Shown here: in pieces, positions 29,416-39,743 of the stretch
How the letters are laid out: every line of letters starts with the position of its first letter
How positions within the stretch are numbered: the first letter of the stretch is position 1
Source: Dehalococcoidia bacterium
Lineage (GTDB): Bacteria; Chloroflexota; Dehalococcoidia; Plut-88900
Assembly: GCA_965197645.1 (NCBI GenBank)
Contig: OZ240219.1
Coordinates: 2,912,001-2,976,000, forward strand
Direction: 5' to 3'
DNA: 64,000 bases
Position numbers and translations under genes: made by a program
The notes under the pieces: model-generated
What the model saw: only the letters and a program-made list of their open reading frames with translations
Databases searched by the model: none
Told to the model about the DNA's origin: nothing

Positions 29416-30507
29416 ATGTCGCTCTCTTCCAGCAACAAAAGTTCCAAGAAGCCCCACGAGGACGGATACGAGCCCGATCTGGGCTGGATGGACAGGCGCG
29501 GCGAGTGGGGCATGAAGGCCCAGCCCGGCAAGCGGGGCCTGACGATGGAAGACGTCGAGATAGCGTCTTACGGGGCAGTCCCGGAAGAGAGTGTCAACCG
29601 CTCCGGTCGTCCCCGAGGCTCCGTCGCCCGAGAGGGCGGATACCGAAGCGGCAACTATTCGGTAACCTCCAAGCAGGACGTCTGGCTGAAAAACGCGGCC
29701 GGGCTGTATGAAGAAGCCCTTCAGAGGCAGTGGAGCTCCGCCACCGATATTCCCTGGGAGACCATAAAGCCGCTGCCCGATGACGTCGAAAGGGCCGTGG
29801 GGCAATTCAATACATTCCTCAGCGACGTCGAGTTCGGCGCCGGTGACGTACCGGGCAAATGGGTGGCCCGGACCAGTCCCGATTACCAGGAGCCTAGGCT
29901 GTTTCTCATAACCCAGATAGCGGACGAGGCCAGACACCTGGATGTGTTTCGTAAGCGTGCGCTGGCCAACGGCGGCGGCCTGCTGTTGAGCACCTACGAC
30001 CCCACGGTCGGAGGCATCGTGAGCCTTGACCATTCCCGGGACTTCTCCGAGATGTCCGCCAAGCTGCATATCATGACCGAAGGGCCTGTGTTGACCATCT
30101 TTCGCGTCGGCGAGATGATAGCCTACAACGACGCGGAAAAGCGGATGTACCGCCTGGCCGCCCAGGACGAGTCCCGCCACGTGGCCTTCGGCGTAATGCA
30201 CATGCGTTACATCGGAGAAACGCAGCCGAAACGCCGTGAGGAGATTGAGTGTTACCTGGATGAGGGTGAGGACCACCTGTTGTATGGCGACCACGCAGCA
30301 GGAGAAGAAGGCAACACCAGCACCGAGTCGATGGCCATTCTACTGGGCGGGGGCAAGGATAAGTTCGACGAGGGGATGAGGATGCTGATGGCCATCAACC
30401 GCCGGCAGATGAAGGAGTACATCCAACGGGTCCACTCCGCCGGATTCTCGGATCGCTTCGTAAACGGGCGCGCTCACCCCGAAATCCTGAAAATAGCCTC
30501 GAACTAG
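29416..30507 (+). CDS. Ferritin-like diiron-carboxylate protein, paralog 1
   Basis: Two ExxH motifs (DEARH, QDESRH) with upstream Glu ligands; close paralog at 34008-35087. Confidence 0.8.
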   Translation: MSLSSSNKSSKKPHEDGYEPDLGWMDRRGEWGMKAQPGKRGLTMEDVEIASYGAVPEESVNRSGRPRGSVAREGGYRSGNYSVTSKQDVWLKNAAGLYEEALQRQWSSATDIPWETIKPLPDDVERAVGQFNTFLSDVEFGAGDVPGKWVARTSPDYQEPRLFLITQIADEARHLDVFRKRALANGGGLLLSTYDPTVGGIVSLDHSRDFSEMSAKLHIMTEGPVLTIFRVGEMIAYNDAEKRMYRLAAQDESRHVAFGVMHMRYIGETQPKRREEIECYLDEGEDHLLYGDHAAGEEGNTSTESMAILLGGGKDKFDEGMRMLMAINRRQMKEYIQRVHSAGFSDRFVNGRAHPEILKIASN

Positions 30508-30579
30508 CACAGCCTATCCCTTACCGGCTCGAGTGACCCCACGGTCCCGTCACCGCTCCGACCGGCCCCAACCCTAACC

Positions 30580-31785
30580 TTAGCTTACCGTGCCCGTTTG
30601 CAAAGCCTCAGTGGACACCGGACCCGCTTCGTTGTGGCCGTTATCGCTGTCCGTATCCTTGAAGCGCGGCATCACCTTGGTACCGAAAAGCTCCAGCGAG
30701 CGCAAGCGGTTCTTGTGGGATGATCCGCTCTCGGCGATGAAGAGCTGGTCCACGCCCGACACCTCCTGGATCTCCTCCACCTTTTCGACCACGTGGTCCG
30801 GTGGACCAACCAGGAGATGCCGGTCCATCAGAAAGTCCCAGTTCATCTCCATGTCCGGTGTAGGCTCCTCACCCGGGTTCATGTAGAATCGCAAGGCATT
30901 CGCTTTCTTGGAGTGAAAGCTGGCGACGAAGCCGTGTGTCTTCATCGCCATGTCTTCCGAATCGCGCCGGGCCTCCTCCATAGTTGGCGCCAGGTAAGTG
31001 TGCCGCATCACAGACCAAATCTCTCGGGGTTTGCGCATATCCTTTCCCTGCGCCTTGCGTATCTCCGCGTACTGTTCACGCCAATGCCGTATCCGGCGGA
31101 CAGGAGCGCGCCATGTTATGGCATTGAAGCCCAGCTCGGCGGTCTGCTGGAGTGAGTTTTCCGTCTCTACGGTGGCCCACAGTGGAGGATAAGGCTTCTG
31201 GTACGGCTTGGGCGCAACGCTCAGCTTGGTAATCATGCCATCGACTGTAGACTCCGGGTCGGGCGGGCCATAGGGCGTATTCCACGGGATCCCCGCCGGA
31301 GGGAAGTCCCAGTTGGGCCCGTGGTGAGAGAACACGTCGTTGGTCCAAGCCTTTTGAAGGACTTCGATGTTCTCTCTCATCAGCTGCCTGCAGGCCACTT
31401 CATCCCGAGGGTCGGCTTTGGGATGGAAGGGCACCGTGTCCCGAGGCCAGGGGCCCCGGCCAAACCCTATCTCTATCCGTCCTTCTGTCAGGTGGTCCAG
31501 TACGGCTATATCTTCGGCCAAGCGCAGGGGATGCCACAGGGTGGGAATCAAGGCGGCAAACCCTATCCGAATCTTGCTGGTGTAATGGGCCACCTCCGTC
31601 GCGATCAGGAGAGGATTGGGAGCGTTACCGAACCCCTCCAGCCCCAAGTGATGCTCGCCCAGCCATACGTAGTCGTAGCCTAGCTGCTCCATAGCAACCG
31701 CGCACTCCCGCACCTCTCGCACAAGCTCTGTGTACGGCCTGTTCATTTCAGGATCGGTGAACAAGAACAAACAACCAAACTTCAT
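30580..31785 (-). CDS. LLM class flavin-dependent monooxygenase
   Basis: WLGEHH, HPLRLAEDIAVLDHLTEGRIEIGFGRG, PKPYQKPYPP motifs. Confidence 0.92.
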   Translation of the reverse strand: MKFGCLFLFTDPEMNRPYTELVREVRECAVAMEQLGYDYVWLGEHHLGLEGFGNAPNPLLIATEVAHYTSKIRIGFAALIPTLWHPLRLAEDIAVLDHLTEGRIEIGFGRGPWPRDTVPFHPKADPRDEVACRQLMRENIEVLQKAWTNDVFSHHGPNWDFPPAGIPWNTPYGPPDPESTVDGMITKLSVAPKPYQKPYPPLWATVETENSLQQTAELGFNAITWRAPVRRIRHWREQYAEIRKAQGKDMRKPREIWSVMRHTYLAPTMEEARRDSEDMAMKTHGFVASFHSKKANALRFYMNPGEEPTPDMEMNWDFLMDRHLLVGPPDHVVEKVEEIQEVSGVDQLFIAESGSSHKNRLRSLELFGTKVMPRFKDTDSDNGHNEAGPVSTEALQTGTVS

Positions 31786-31841
31786 GATGCTCTCCTATGG
31801 GTCCTAGGGTACTCCACGCTCTTGGAAAGGTCCCTCTTGAC

Positions 31842-32978
31842 TCAGACCGAGCTGGGGGCCAGCTGGGAAACGTCTAGATTATATAGCCTCGCCGCGTTGC
31901 CGCCGATGATCTTGGACCTGTCTTCCGAGGACACGCCTTCCAGAATCTCGTCGATGATTTCTCTCGACCTGGGAAAGGTGGACTCGGCGTGGGGATAGTC
32001 CGATCCCCACATCAGGCTTTCCACGCCTATCACGTGACGGAGCATAATGCCGACGGCGTCCTCCTGGAAACTCAGATAGACGTTGTCATGAAAGAAGTCG
32101 CTGGGCATCTTGCCGTCCTTGAACCGGTGCGTGGCCTCCTCGTGCCGTTCCCGATAGGTGTAGTCCATCTTCCTTATGACGTGGGCCGCCCAGGCCAACT
32201 CGAACTCCACCACCGCAACCGTCAGCTTCGGGTAGCGCTCGAAGACACCCGAGAAGATCATGTCGCACATGGAGGTGGAGGGCCAGAACACGTCGTTGGA
32301 CCTGCCGCTGGCCTCCCTGACTCCCACTGCCAGGTTGTTTCTCTCCCTCATCGTCGCAGTGTGAAGGCTCAAAGGCATCTCCAGCGCCTCAGCGGCGGCC
32401 CAGAAATGCTCGTACCTGGGGTTGTCGTACCTGAGCTCTTCGGGAGGGTACTCGCTGATCATCGCTCCCACCAGGCCCATCTTGGCGGCCCTCTCAAGTT
32501 CCCGGATGCCCTCGTCGACATCATCGAGATTGATCATGGCTATGCCATTCAGCCTGTTGCGATCTGTGGAGCAGAACTCGGCCAGCCATTCGTTGTAGGT
32601 CCTGAAAATGGCGTTCATCAGCTCCGAGTCCTCTATGGTGAAGTAGAACAGGCCCTGAGAGGGGTACAGGACCTCTCCGGATACGCCGTCTATGGCCATG
32701 TCCCTTATGTGCTCTTCGGGGTCATAGCCGCCCTTGCGCACATCCTCGAACCTGCCGTGATCGGATAGGGTTTCCGGCGCCTCGAATCGTGACCCGGCGT
32801 TGGAGATCAAACCGATGCCTGCTATGCTCTGGTCGCCCTCCACTATCAGATGGTCCACGTCTCCCACCCGCTCCATGCGCGGCGCCCTATCCAGAAACCG
32901 CTTTTCGATCCTGGTGGTCCACAGTTCCGGCGGTTCGAACACATGGGAGTCCGACGATATGATCAACTCTTCCGGGAT
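31842..32978 (-). CDS. Amidohydrolase_2 family protein
   Basis: SSDSHVFEP, LSLH, MWGSDYPHAE, GGNAARLY motifs; start codon uncertain. Confidence 0.88.
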   Translation of the reverse strand: MPEELIISSDSHVFEPPELWTTRIEKRFLDRAPRMERVGDVDHLIVEGDQSIAGIGLISNAGSRFEAPETLSDHGRFEDVRKGGYDPEEHIRDMAIDGVSGEVLYPSQGLFYFTIEDSELMNAIFRTYNEWLAEFCSTDRNRLNGIAMINLDDVDEGIRELERAAKMGLVGAMISEYPPEELRYDNPRYEHFWAAAEALEMPLSLHTATMRERNNLAVGVREASGRSNDVFWPSTSMCDMIFSGVFERYPKLTVAVVEFELAWAAHVIRKMDYTYRERHEEATHRFKDGKMPSDFFHDNVYLSFQEDAVGIMLRHVIGVESLMWGSDYPHAESTFPRSREIIDEILEGVSSEDRSKIIGGNAARLYNLDVSQLAPSSV

Positions 32979-33121
32979 GGTTTCTCCCCTTTTCTTGCGG
33001 ATACCGGTCCGATGGACTTGGAGCCTGATTGTCGCACTTGTAGGCGCCCTCTGTCCACCCGGCCGCTCCCCTTGTGTTAGCATGCCCGGTACACATTGAT
33101 TCCTCGAAGGATGGACACGCT

Positions 33122-33898
33122 ATGGCAGGAATGGAAATCGACCTCAGCGGACGTACGGCAGTGGTCACCGGGTCCAGCCGGGGCATAGGCGAAGCCATCG
33201 CCCGGGGCCTGGCCCGCTGTGGCGCCGACGTATCCCTGTTCGATCTACCGGAGACCAGGGCCGATGCCGAAGCTTTGGTGAGCTCGATCGAGCTGGAGGG
33301 AGGAACGGCCCGCTACATCGAGTGCAACGTGAGTGACCCCGAGTCGATATCGAAGGCCATATCACAAGTCATCCGGCAGCAGGGCAAGCTGGACGTCATG
33401 GTCAATAACGCCGGAGTCGTAGTTCGAAAAACGGCATTGGAGCTGTCTCCCGAGGAGTGGGACGAGGTGATGGACGTCAATCTCAGGGGAGTCTTCTTCG
33501 GTTGCCAGGCCGCCGGTCGAGAGATGGTCAAGACGGGTGGCGGCGCCATCATCAACACGGCGTCTCAGCTGGCCTTCGTCGTCCCTCGCACGGGCATCTC
33601 CATCCCTTACATGGCCAGCAAGGGAGCAGTGGTAAACCTCACCCGGGCCTTAGCGGTGGAGTGGGCTGAGCACAACATACGGGTCAACGCTTTGGCCCCG
33701 GGGCCCACCAAGACCCGCATGACACGCACCTTCGATCCTGAGAAAGAGGACTGGGACGAGGGACACTACGACATACCCCTAGGCGGCATGATGAAGACGG
33801 GGGACATGGTGGGCGCGGTGGCCTACCTCGCCAGCGATCTCTCGTCGATGGTGACCGGCCACACCATCGTGGTAGACGGAGGCCATTCGTTGATATAG
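33122..33898 (+). CDS. SDR family oxidoreductase
   Basis: TGSSRGIG, NNAG, YMASK motifs. Confidence 0.93.
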   Translation: MAGMEIDLSGRTAVVTGSSRGIGEAIARGLARCGADVSLFDLPETRADAEALVSSIELEGGTARYIECNVSDPESISKAISQVIRQQGKLDVMVNNAGVVVRKTALELSPEEWDEVMDVNLRGVFFGCQAAGREMVKTGGGAIINTASQLAFVVPRTGISIPYMASKGAVVNLTRALAVEWAEHNIRVNALAPGPTKTRMTRTFDPEKEDWDEGHYDIPLGGMMKTGDMVGAVAYLASDLSSMVTGHTIVVDGGHSLI

Positions 33899-34007
33899 GG
33901 TCCTGTGGGAAACCCTTTGGTGTGCCCCTCAAGCACCCTCATAAAATGTTTACGCCGAACCGGTTGTAGCCGGTTCGGCGTAGTGTTTCCGAGGGTGTCG
34001 GACGGTG

Positions 34008-35087
34008 CTAGTTCTGATGCATCTTCAGCAGCTCGGGGTGAGCCCGGCCGTTGGAGAAGCGCTCCGAGAACCCGGCGGAGTGGACCCGTTGCATGTACTC
34101 CTTCAGCTGGCGGCGGTTAATCGCCATGAGCAACTTGGCCCCTTCGTCGTACTTGTCCTTGCCGCCGCCCAGTAGAATGGCCATGGCCTCGTTGGCGGCC
34201 CGCTGGACATCAGAGTAGCCAAAGAGGAGTAGGTCCTCGGCCTCGTCCAGGTAGCAGTGGATCTCCTCTCGCCGTTCCAGCTGAGTCTCGCCTACATAGC
34301 GCATGTGCATCACGCCGAAGGCCACGTGACGGGACTCGTCTTGGGCGGCCAGGCGGTACATCCGCTTCTCCGCCTCGCTGTAGGCCAGCAACTCGCCGGT
34401 ACGGAAGATGGTCAGTACGGGCCCTTCACCTACAACGTGGAGGCGTGCCGACATCTCCGAGAAGTCCCGTGCCAGGTCTACGCTGGCCGCTCCCCCGACG
34501 GTTGGGTCCTCGGTCCGCTGCATCAAGCCTCCGCCGTTGGCCAGGGCCCGCTTGCGGAAGACGTCGAGGTGTCTCGCCTCGTCGACCACCTGGGTCATAA
34601 GGTACATGCGGGGCTCCAGGAAATCGGGGCTGGAGTTGGCTATCCACTTGCCAGGTACGTCCGCGGCGACGAACTCGATGTCGCTGAGGAAGGTGTTGAA
34701 CTGGCCCGCCGCCCTTTCGACATCATCGGGCAGGGGCTTGATGGTCTCCCATGGAATATCGGTGGCGGAGCTCCACTGCCTCTGAAGCGCCTCTTCGTAC
34801 AGGCCGGCTGCGTTCTTCAGCCATATGTCCTGCTTCGAGGTTATGGAGTAGTTGCCGCTTCGGTATCCGCCCTCCCGCGCTACCGAGCCGCGGGGACGAC
34901 CGGAGTAGTTGACACTCTCTTCCGGCGCCTCTCCATAAGACCCAATCTGGATGTCCTCCAGGGTCAGGCCTCGCTTGCCGGGCTGGGCCTTCATGCCCCA
35001 CTCGCCCCGCTTCTCCATCCACTCCAGACCAGGCTCGTAGTCCTCACCGTATTTTGGAGTCGGTTTGGTGGACTCTGTCATCGTCAT
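34008..35087 (-). CDS. Ferritin-like diiron-carboxylate protein, paralog 2
   Basis: DEARH and QDESRH motifs; long stretches identical to 29416-30507. Confidence 0.8.
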   Translation of the reverse strand: MTMTESTKPTPKYGEDYEPGLEWMEKRGEWGMKAQPGKRGLTLEDIQIGSYGEAPEESVNYSGRPRGSVAREGGYRSGNYSITSKQDIWLKNAAGLYEEALQRQWSSATDIPWETIKPLPDDVERAAGQFNTFLSDIEFVAADVPGKWIANSSPDFLEPRMYLMTQVVDEARHLDVFRKRALANGGGLMQRTEDPTVGGAASVDLARDFSEMSARLHVVGEGPVLTIFRTGELLAYSEAEKRMYRLAAQDESRHVAFGVMHMRYVGETQLERREEIHCYLDEAEDLLLFGYSDVQRAANEAMAILLGGGKDKYDEGAKLLMAINRRQLKEYMQRVHSAGFSERFSNGRAHPELLKMHQN

Positions 35088-35280
35088 ACGGGCGCCTCCT
35101 CTTGGCTAGGGGGGACTTAGTAACACTTCGAGGTGCGAGGTAATTCTAGAGTGTGACGAATGAGGTGTCAATAGTTGGGAGCACGAACTTGACTTGCTCC
35201 GAGCAACGTGTTAGACAGAGGTCAACGCCCTCGACAGATCCAGGCAGTGTCTGGCTAACGCCTTGAAGGAGGAAGAGGCT

Positions 35281-36630
35281 ATGACCCTGAAGAGAGCCCC
35301 GTTCCTGACCAATCCCTACGGCGGCTATTTCCACCGGGAGGTACCCGAGGACGACCGCGAGCTCACCCGGGTTGGCCCGGGCACGCCGGCCGGAGAGTAC
35401 CTACGTCGCTTCTGGCAGCCCGTCCTCCTGACCCGGCAGCTCAAGGACCTGCCCGTTGCAGTAACCAGATTCGGCGAGAATCTGGTTATCTTTCGCGACC
35501 AACGCGGTCGCATCGGGCTCGTGGAGGCCCACTGCCCTCACCGCGGCACGTCTCTCGAGTACGGGAGGATAGAGGAGCGAGGCATCCGCTGTTGTTACCA
35601 CAGCTGGCTCATAGACGTCGACGGAAAGGTGCTGGAGACTCCCGGAGAGCCCGAGGACAGCACCCTCAAGGACCGCCTCTATCACGGCGCCTATCCGGTC
35701 AACGAGTACAACGGCATCGTCTTCGCCTACATGGGACCACCCGACAAGATGCCCGATTTCCCGACGTTCGATCTGTTCGAAGACCAGGGATATCACCTGG
35801 AGCCCGGGATTCACCTCAGGCCGACCGATGATGGGCCAATCCCCAACCACAAGCCGTGCAACTGGTTGCAGGTGGTGGATAATCTTTTGGACCCCATCCA
35901 CGAGGAGTTCCTCCATGCCACCATCTCCGGCGTCCAGTTCGTCGACAAGGACGGAAACCCGGTGGAGGAGCTGGCCATACAGGGAGAGCTTGGATTTGTG
36001 GAAACGCCCACAGGCATCATAACCCTGGACATGAGGCGGGTAGATCAGGACACTGTGTGGGTGCGGAACATCGAGTTTGTTTGGCCCAACGTCGCAGTCC
36101 TTGGTGGCATCCCCGGCTTCCCCTATGAATGGGGCCCCGGCCAGACCGAGGACCATGACGTTCCCAACAGCGTTCTCTGGGCCGTGCCCGTAGACGACTA
36201 CAATACCGTGGAAATCGATTTCATGCGGGTGCCCGATAGGAGCACAGTCCTGCCCGCCAGGCAATTCTCCCCGGGCCAACTGGCCAACAGGGGAGGCCGG
36301 GACTACGAGGAGATGCAGAGAAGCCCCGGCGACTACGAGGCCATGTACCAGCGTACCATCGCCGTACATGGCCTGGAACACCTGGGAGTGGAGGACCGCG
36401 GCGTGACCCTGATGCGCAAGGGGCTACGAGGCCGAGTCCGCATGGTGCAGCAGGGACAGGACACTCCGGAGATGGCCGCCATGTCCGGGAACGTTGTGCA
36501 TACCTACGGTGGGGATACCCTCCTGCGGGAGCAGCAGGCGGCGACTCAGGACGAAGACAAGAAGCTACTGCAGAGGGTTGGGGTAGAGATGGCACAACGA
36601 TACGTCGAGGACCCGCCCAATGCGGGATGA
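35281..36630 (+). CDS. Rieske non-heme iron oxygenase alpha subunit (phthalate 4,5-dioxygenase/LigX-like group)
   Basis: CPHRG...CCYH Rieske motif; DNLLDPIHEEFLH mononuclear iron motif. Confidence 0.9.
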   Translation: MTLKRAPFLTNPYGGYFHREVPEDDRELTRVGPGTPAGEYLRRFWQPVLLTRQLKDLPVAVTRFGENLVIFRDQRGRIGLVEAHCPHRGTSLEYGRIEERGIRCCYHSWLIDVDGKVLETPGEPEDSTLKDRLYHGAYPVNEYNGIVFAYMGPPDKMPDFPTFDLFEDQGYHLEPGIHLRPTDDGPIPNHKPCNWLQVVDNLLDPIHEEFLHATISGVQFVDKDGNPVEELAIQGELGFVETPTGIITLDMRRVDQDTVWVRNIEFVWPNVAVLGGIPGFPYEWGPGQTEDHDVPNSVLWAVPVDDYNTVEIDFMRVPDRSTVLPARQFSPGQLANRGGRDYEEMQRSPGDYEAMYQRTIAVHGLEHLGVEDRGVTLMRKGLRGRVRMVQQGQDTPEMAAMSGNVVHTYGGDTLLREQQAATQDEDKKLLQRVGVEMAQRYVEDPPNAG

Positions 36631-36676
36631 GCCGCGCCCCTAGCAAGGGACCTATTCGCCTCGGCGACCTTTGCCC

Positions 36677-37663
36677 TTAGATCAAAAACGCCGGATCGTA
36701 ACCCTTGGTGTCAGCCAGCTCCGTCAATGGCATCGGCCTATCGACGTAGAACTCCAGCAGTATGCCATCAGGGTCCTTGAGGAATACGGCCCGTTTCGTC
36801 GGGTGATCGACTACCGTTTCCGGACTAATGCCCTCCGATTTTAGCCGCTCCTCGGCTTTCAACAGCTCCCGTTCGTCAAACAGCTCAAACCCGACGTGGT
36901 GCATACCTGGCGACCGGCCCTCGGTAGCGGGCACAATGGTGAGGTCTCGACCGGACAGGGTCCCGCTAAGCACCGCAAACGAACCATCCGACGGCGAATA
37001 GGTGATCTCCAAGCCCGCCACCTCGGTGTAGAATCGCAGCAGTCCCTGGTAGTCCGATGCCACCAACGCCCCGTGCCGAACCTGTCTCGTTGGGATCACG
37101 GCGTCAGAGGCCGGCTTGAGATCAGCGTCTGCCGTGTATCGGGGCGAGGTGGACGGAGGCGCTTCCTCCGGGGACCACTTTACCGTCAGTACGTCGGCGT
37201 TGTTCCGTCGCCAAACCTCCCGCCAGTTGTCGGTAGCGTCGGCGTAGAACTCGTGGTAGTTGCCCTCGGGGTCGAAGAGGTAGACGCTGTGGGACACCTG
37301 GTGATTGACTGTCCGATGGAGGTCGATCTCTAGGTCCCTGGCTCGATCGTAAGCCTCTACCAGCTCCGCCTCGGTCTCCATCTCCCAACCGAAATGGTTC
37401 AGGCCGGAACGAGTACCTCGCTTATCGGAAATCAGCGTTTGTCCGTCGCCGCTCAGCCTGGTCTTGTCGGAGGTCTCTATCAAGGCGATATCATGGTGAG
37501 AGCTTCCGTTGCTCAAGAACCCGGCCTTGATGGGCGGCTCACGGAACACCTCGGTCAAGCCACACACCCTGGTGTAGAACTCCATAGAGCTTTCCAGGTC
37601 GCTGACGAACAGGTTGCCGTGTCCTAGCCTCCTGGGCCTGAACATCACCTTCTGCGATATCAT
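36677..37663 (-). CDS. Two-domain VOC/extradiol dioxygenase-like protein
   Basis: RLGHGNL, SHHDIAL, LNHFGWE, SVYLFDPEGN and a second VOC domain. Confidence 0.85.
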   Translation of the reverse strand: MISQKVMFRPRRLGHGNLFVSDLESSMEFYTRVCGLTEVFREPPIKAGFLSNGSSHHDIALIETSDKTRLSGDGQTLISDKRGTRSGLNHFGWEMETEAELVEAYDRARDLEIDLHRTVNHQVSHSVYLFDPEGNYHEFYADATDNWREVWRRNNADVLTVKWSPEEAPPSTSPRYTADADLKPASDAVIPTRQVRHGALVASDYQGLLRFYTEVAGLEITYSPSDGSFAVLSGTLSGRDLTIVPATEGRSPGMHHVGFELFDERELLKAEERLKSEGISPETVVDHPTKRAVFLKDPDGILLEFYVDRPMPLTELADTKGYDPAFLI

Positions 37664-37812
37664 CTCGCTACCTCCACGTACTCTTTCCCGTTTTCTCGAC
37701 TCGCGTGACCCTCCGATAACATCTATTATGAGTCAATGCGGGCGTTAGCGGAAGCCGTTCCACGATGATAAGATGAGGTGACGAGCTGCAAATCTCGGCC
37801 CGTTGAGTGCCA

Positions 37813-37902
<90 letters not shown>

Positions 37903-38058
37903 ACTACCCTTCCGACCCCATCCTCTGTTGTCCCGTACTGCTCCTAGTTTGTAGCTCAACAGCGTCGATCAATGCTCATTCAAGCCTTATGGTTCCCCTG
38001 CTATCCCGCGTCAAATGTGGTAAAATATGTGGGAACACGTTTTGCAGAGGACGACCTT

Positions 38059-39303
38059 ATGGAGCTATCAGCGACGCGGGTCAAGGCACTAAGGAAACCA
38101 GGGAGATACTCCGACGGCGGAGGTCTGCACCTATACATCAGCAAGGCGGGACGCAAATCTTGGGTCCTGCGAATCACCATAGACGGACACCGACGCGATA
38201 TCGGACTGGGAGGATTTCCGGCCGTAGGCCTGGCCAGGGCTCGCGAGAAGGCGTCGCAGGACAGGGCTGCAGTAGCCAACGGTCGGGATCCTCTGGCCGA
38301 GAAGCACGCGCCTCCGATGCCTACCTTCAGGGAAGCCGCCCGTACCGTGCATGAGGCAAACAAGCCCCGTTGGGGAAACACCAGGCACGTAGCCAACTGG
38401 ATGCAGACGTTGGAGCGTCATGCCATGCCGGCACTGGGCAACACGCCGCTGGACCATATAGACCGGGGCGAGGTGCTCGGAGTCCTCAAACGGATATGGA
38501 CGTCCAGGCCGGAGACGGCCCGAAGGGTGCGTCAACGGATGAGGACCGTCTTTAGGTGGGCCATGGCTCACGGGTTCATCGAGACCAACCCGGCAGGGGA
38601 AGCCATCGACGGAGCCCTGACGCCCATGCCCAAGGTGAAGGCACACTTTAGGGCGCTGCCGTACCAGGAAGTCGGGGCTGCCCTGGAAACCGTTGAAGCA
38701 TCTCCGGCCTCAATGTCGGCCAAATTGTGCTTCCGGTTCCTGGTTCTCACGGCGGCCCGCTCAGGAGAGGCCAGGGCCGCCGCCTGGGACGAGATCGACT
38801 TCGATGACCAGGTATGGCGGATACCACCGTCGCGGATGAAAGCCGGTTTGGAGCACCGGGTGCCCCTCAGCAGGCAGGCCCTCGAGGTGCTTGACCAGGC
38901 TTCTGTCTTGCGTGACGAGACCGGCCTGATATTCCCATCTCCGCGGAAGTGGAAGACCCCCATGTCCGATATGACGCTGACGAAGGTCCTCCGCACCGTC
39001 GGCTTGGCTGAACGTGCCACCGTCCACGGGTTCCGCAGCAGCTTCAAGAACTGGACCCTGGAACAGACGGATACCTCCTGGGCCGTCTCGGAGGCGGCAC
39101 TGGCTCATACCCTGGGCAACTCTACCGAGCAGGCCTACGCTCGGTCCGACCTGTTCGAGCAGCGCCGTCAGTTGATGCAGCTGTGGGCGGACTACGTTAC
39201 GAACGGTCAGGATGGTCCAAAGGTGATGCTGAACATGCCTAGGCCGCTTTCGTCGAGTCGAAGTCGCCCGTCGTCACCGGCCTCGATTCCAGCCAGGCTG
39301 TGA
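38059..39303 (+). CDS. P4-like tyrosine integrase with Arm DNA-binding domain
   Basis: PGRYSDGGGLHL, LTAARSGE, HGFRSSF, LAH, AYARSD catalytic residues. Confidence 0.95.
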   Translation: MELSATRVKALRKPGRYSDGGGLHLYISKAGRKSWVLRITIDGHRRDIGLGGFPAVGLARAREKASQDRAAVANGRDPLAEKHAPPMPTFREAARTVHEANKPRWGNTRHVANWMQTLERHAMPALGNTPLDHIDRGEVLGVLKRIWTSRPETARRVRQRMRTVFRWAMAHGFIETNPAGEAIDGALTPMPKVKAHFRALPYQEVGAALETVEASPASMSAKLCFRFLVLTAARSGEARAAAWDEIDFDDQVWRIPPSRMKAGLEHRVPLSRQALEVLDQASVLRDETGLIFPSPRKWKTPMSDMTLTKVLRTVGLAERATVHGFRSSFKNWTLEQTDTSWAVSEAALAHTLGNSTEQAYARSDLFEQRRQLMQLWADYVTNGQDGPKVMLNMPRPLSSSRSRPSSPASIPARL

Positions 39304-39466
39304 TATCGCTGGCCCTCCACCTGACGGCCGCGGGACCAACCCTGACTGGCCGCGGAAACTGGCCGGTCTGCATCAAACGGTAGATCGAGGAGCGGGTCAG
39401 TCCCGTGACTTCCTCGACCTGTCTACGCCTTAGCAATCTATCCATCGGTCTGAACACCTCACTCAT
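39239..39466 (-). CDS. AlpA family excisionase/regulator
   Basis: LLRRRQVEEVTGLTRSSIYRLMQTGQFPRPVRVG.AVRW. Confidence 0.92.
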   Translation of the reverse strand: MSEVFRPMDRLLRRRQVEEVTGLTRSSIYRLMQTGQFPRPVRVGPAAVRWRASDITAWLESRPVTTGDFDSTKAA

Positions 39467-39743
39467 TGTCCTGGTACTTAGTTGCAGCGCAGGCTCAACC
39501 GCACTGGCGGAGGAAATGCATCGAGGGCGGGTGAGCGGTCGCCACCCTTAATCCAGACACCTCCTGCATTCTCCAATGTTCTCCTGCCAGTGTGTGAGGT
39601 GGGAGGACCAGACGGTATACCCTGTAGGGTATTTCATCGGTGAAGTCCCTCACAGGGAACCGGGGATTACCAACGTACGCGCTGGAGGCGTGTCAGACGT
39701 CAATGTTCGTATTGCGAAATGGGAAGGCGAGATCGAACTAAGT

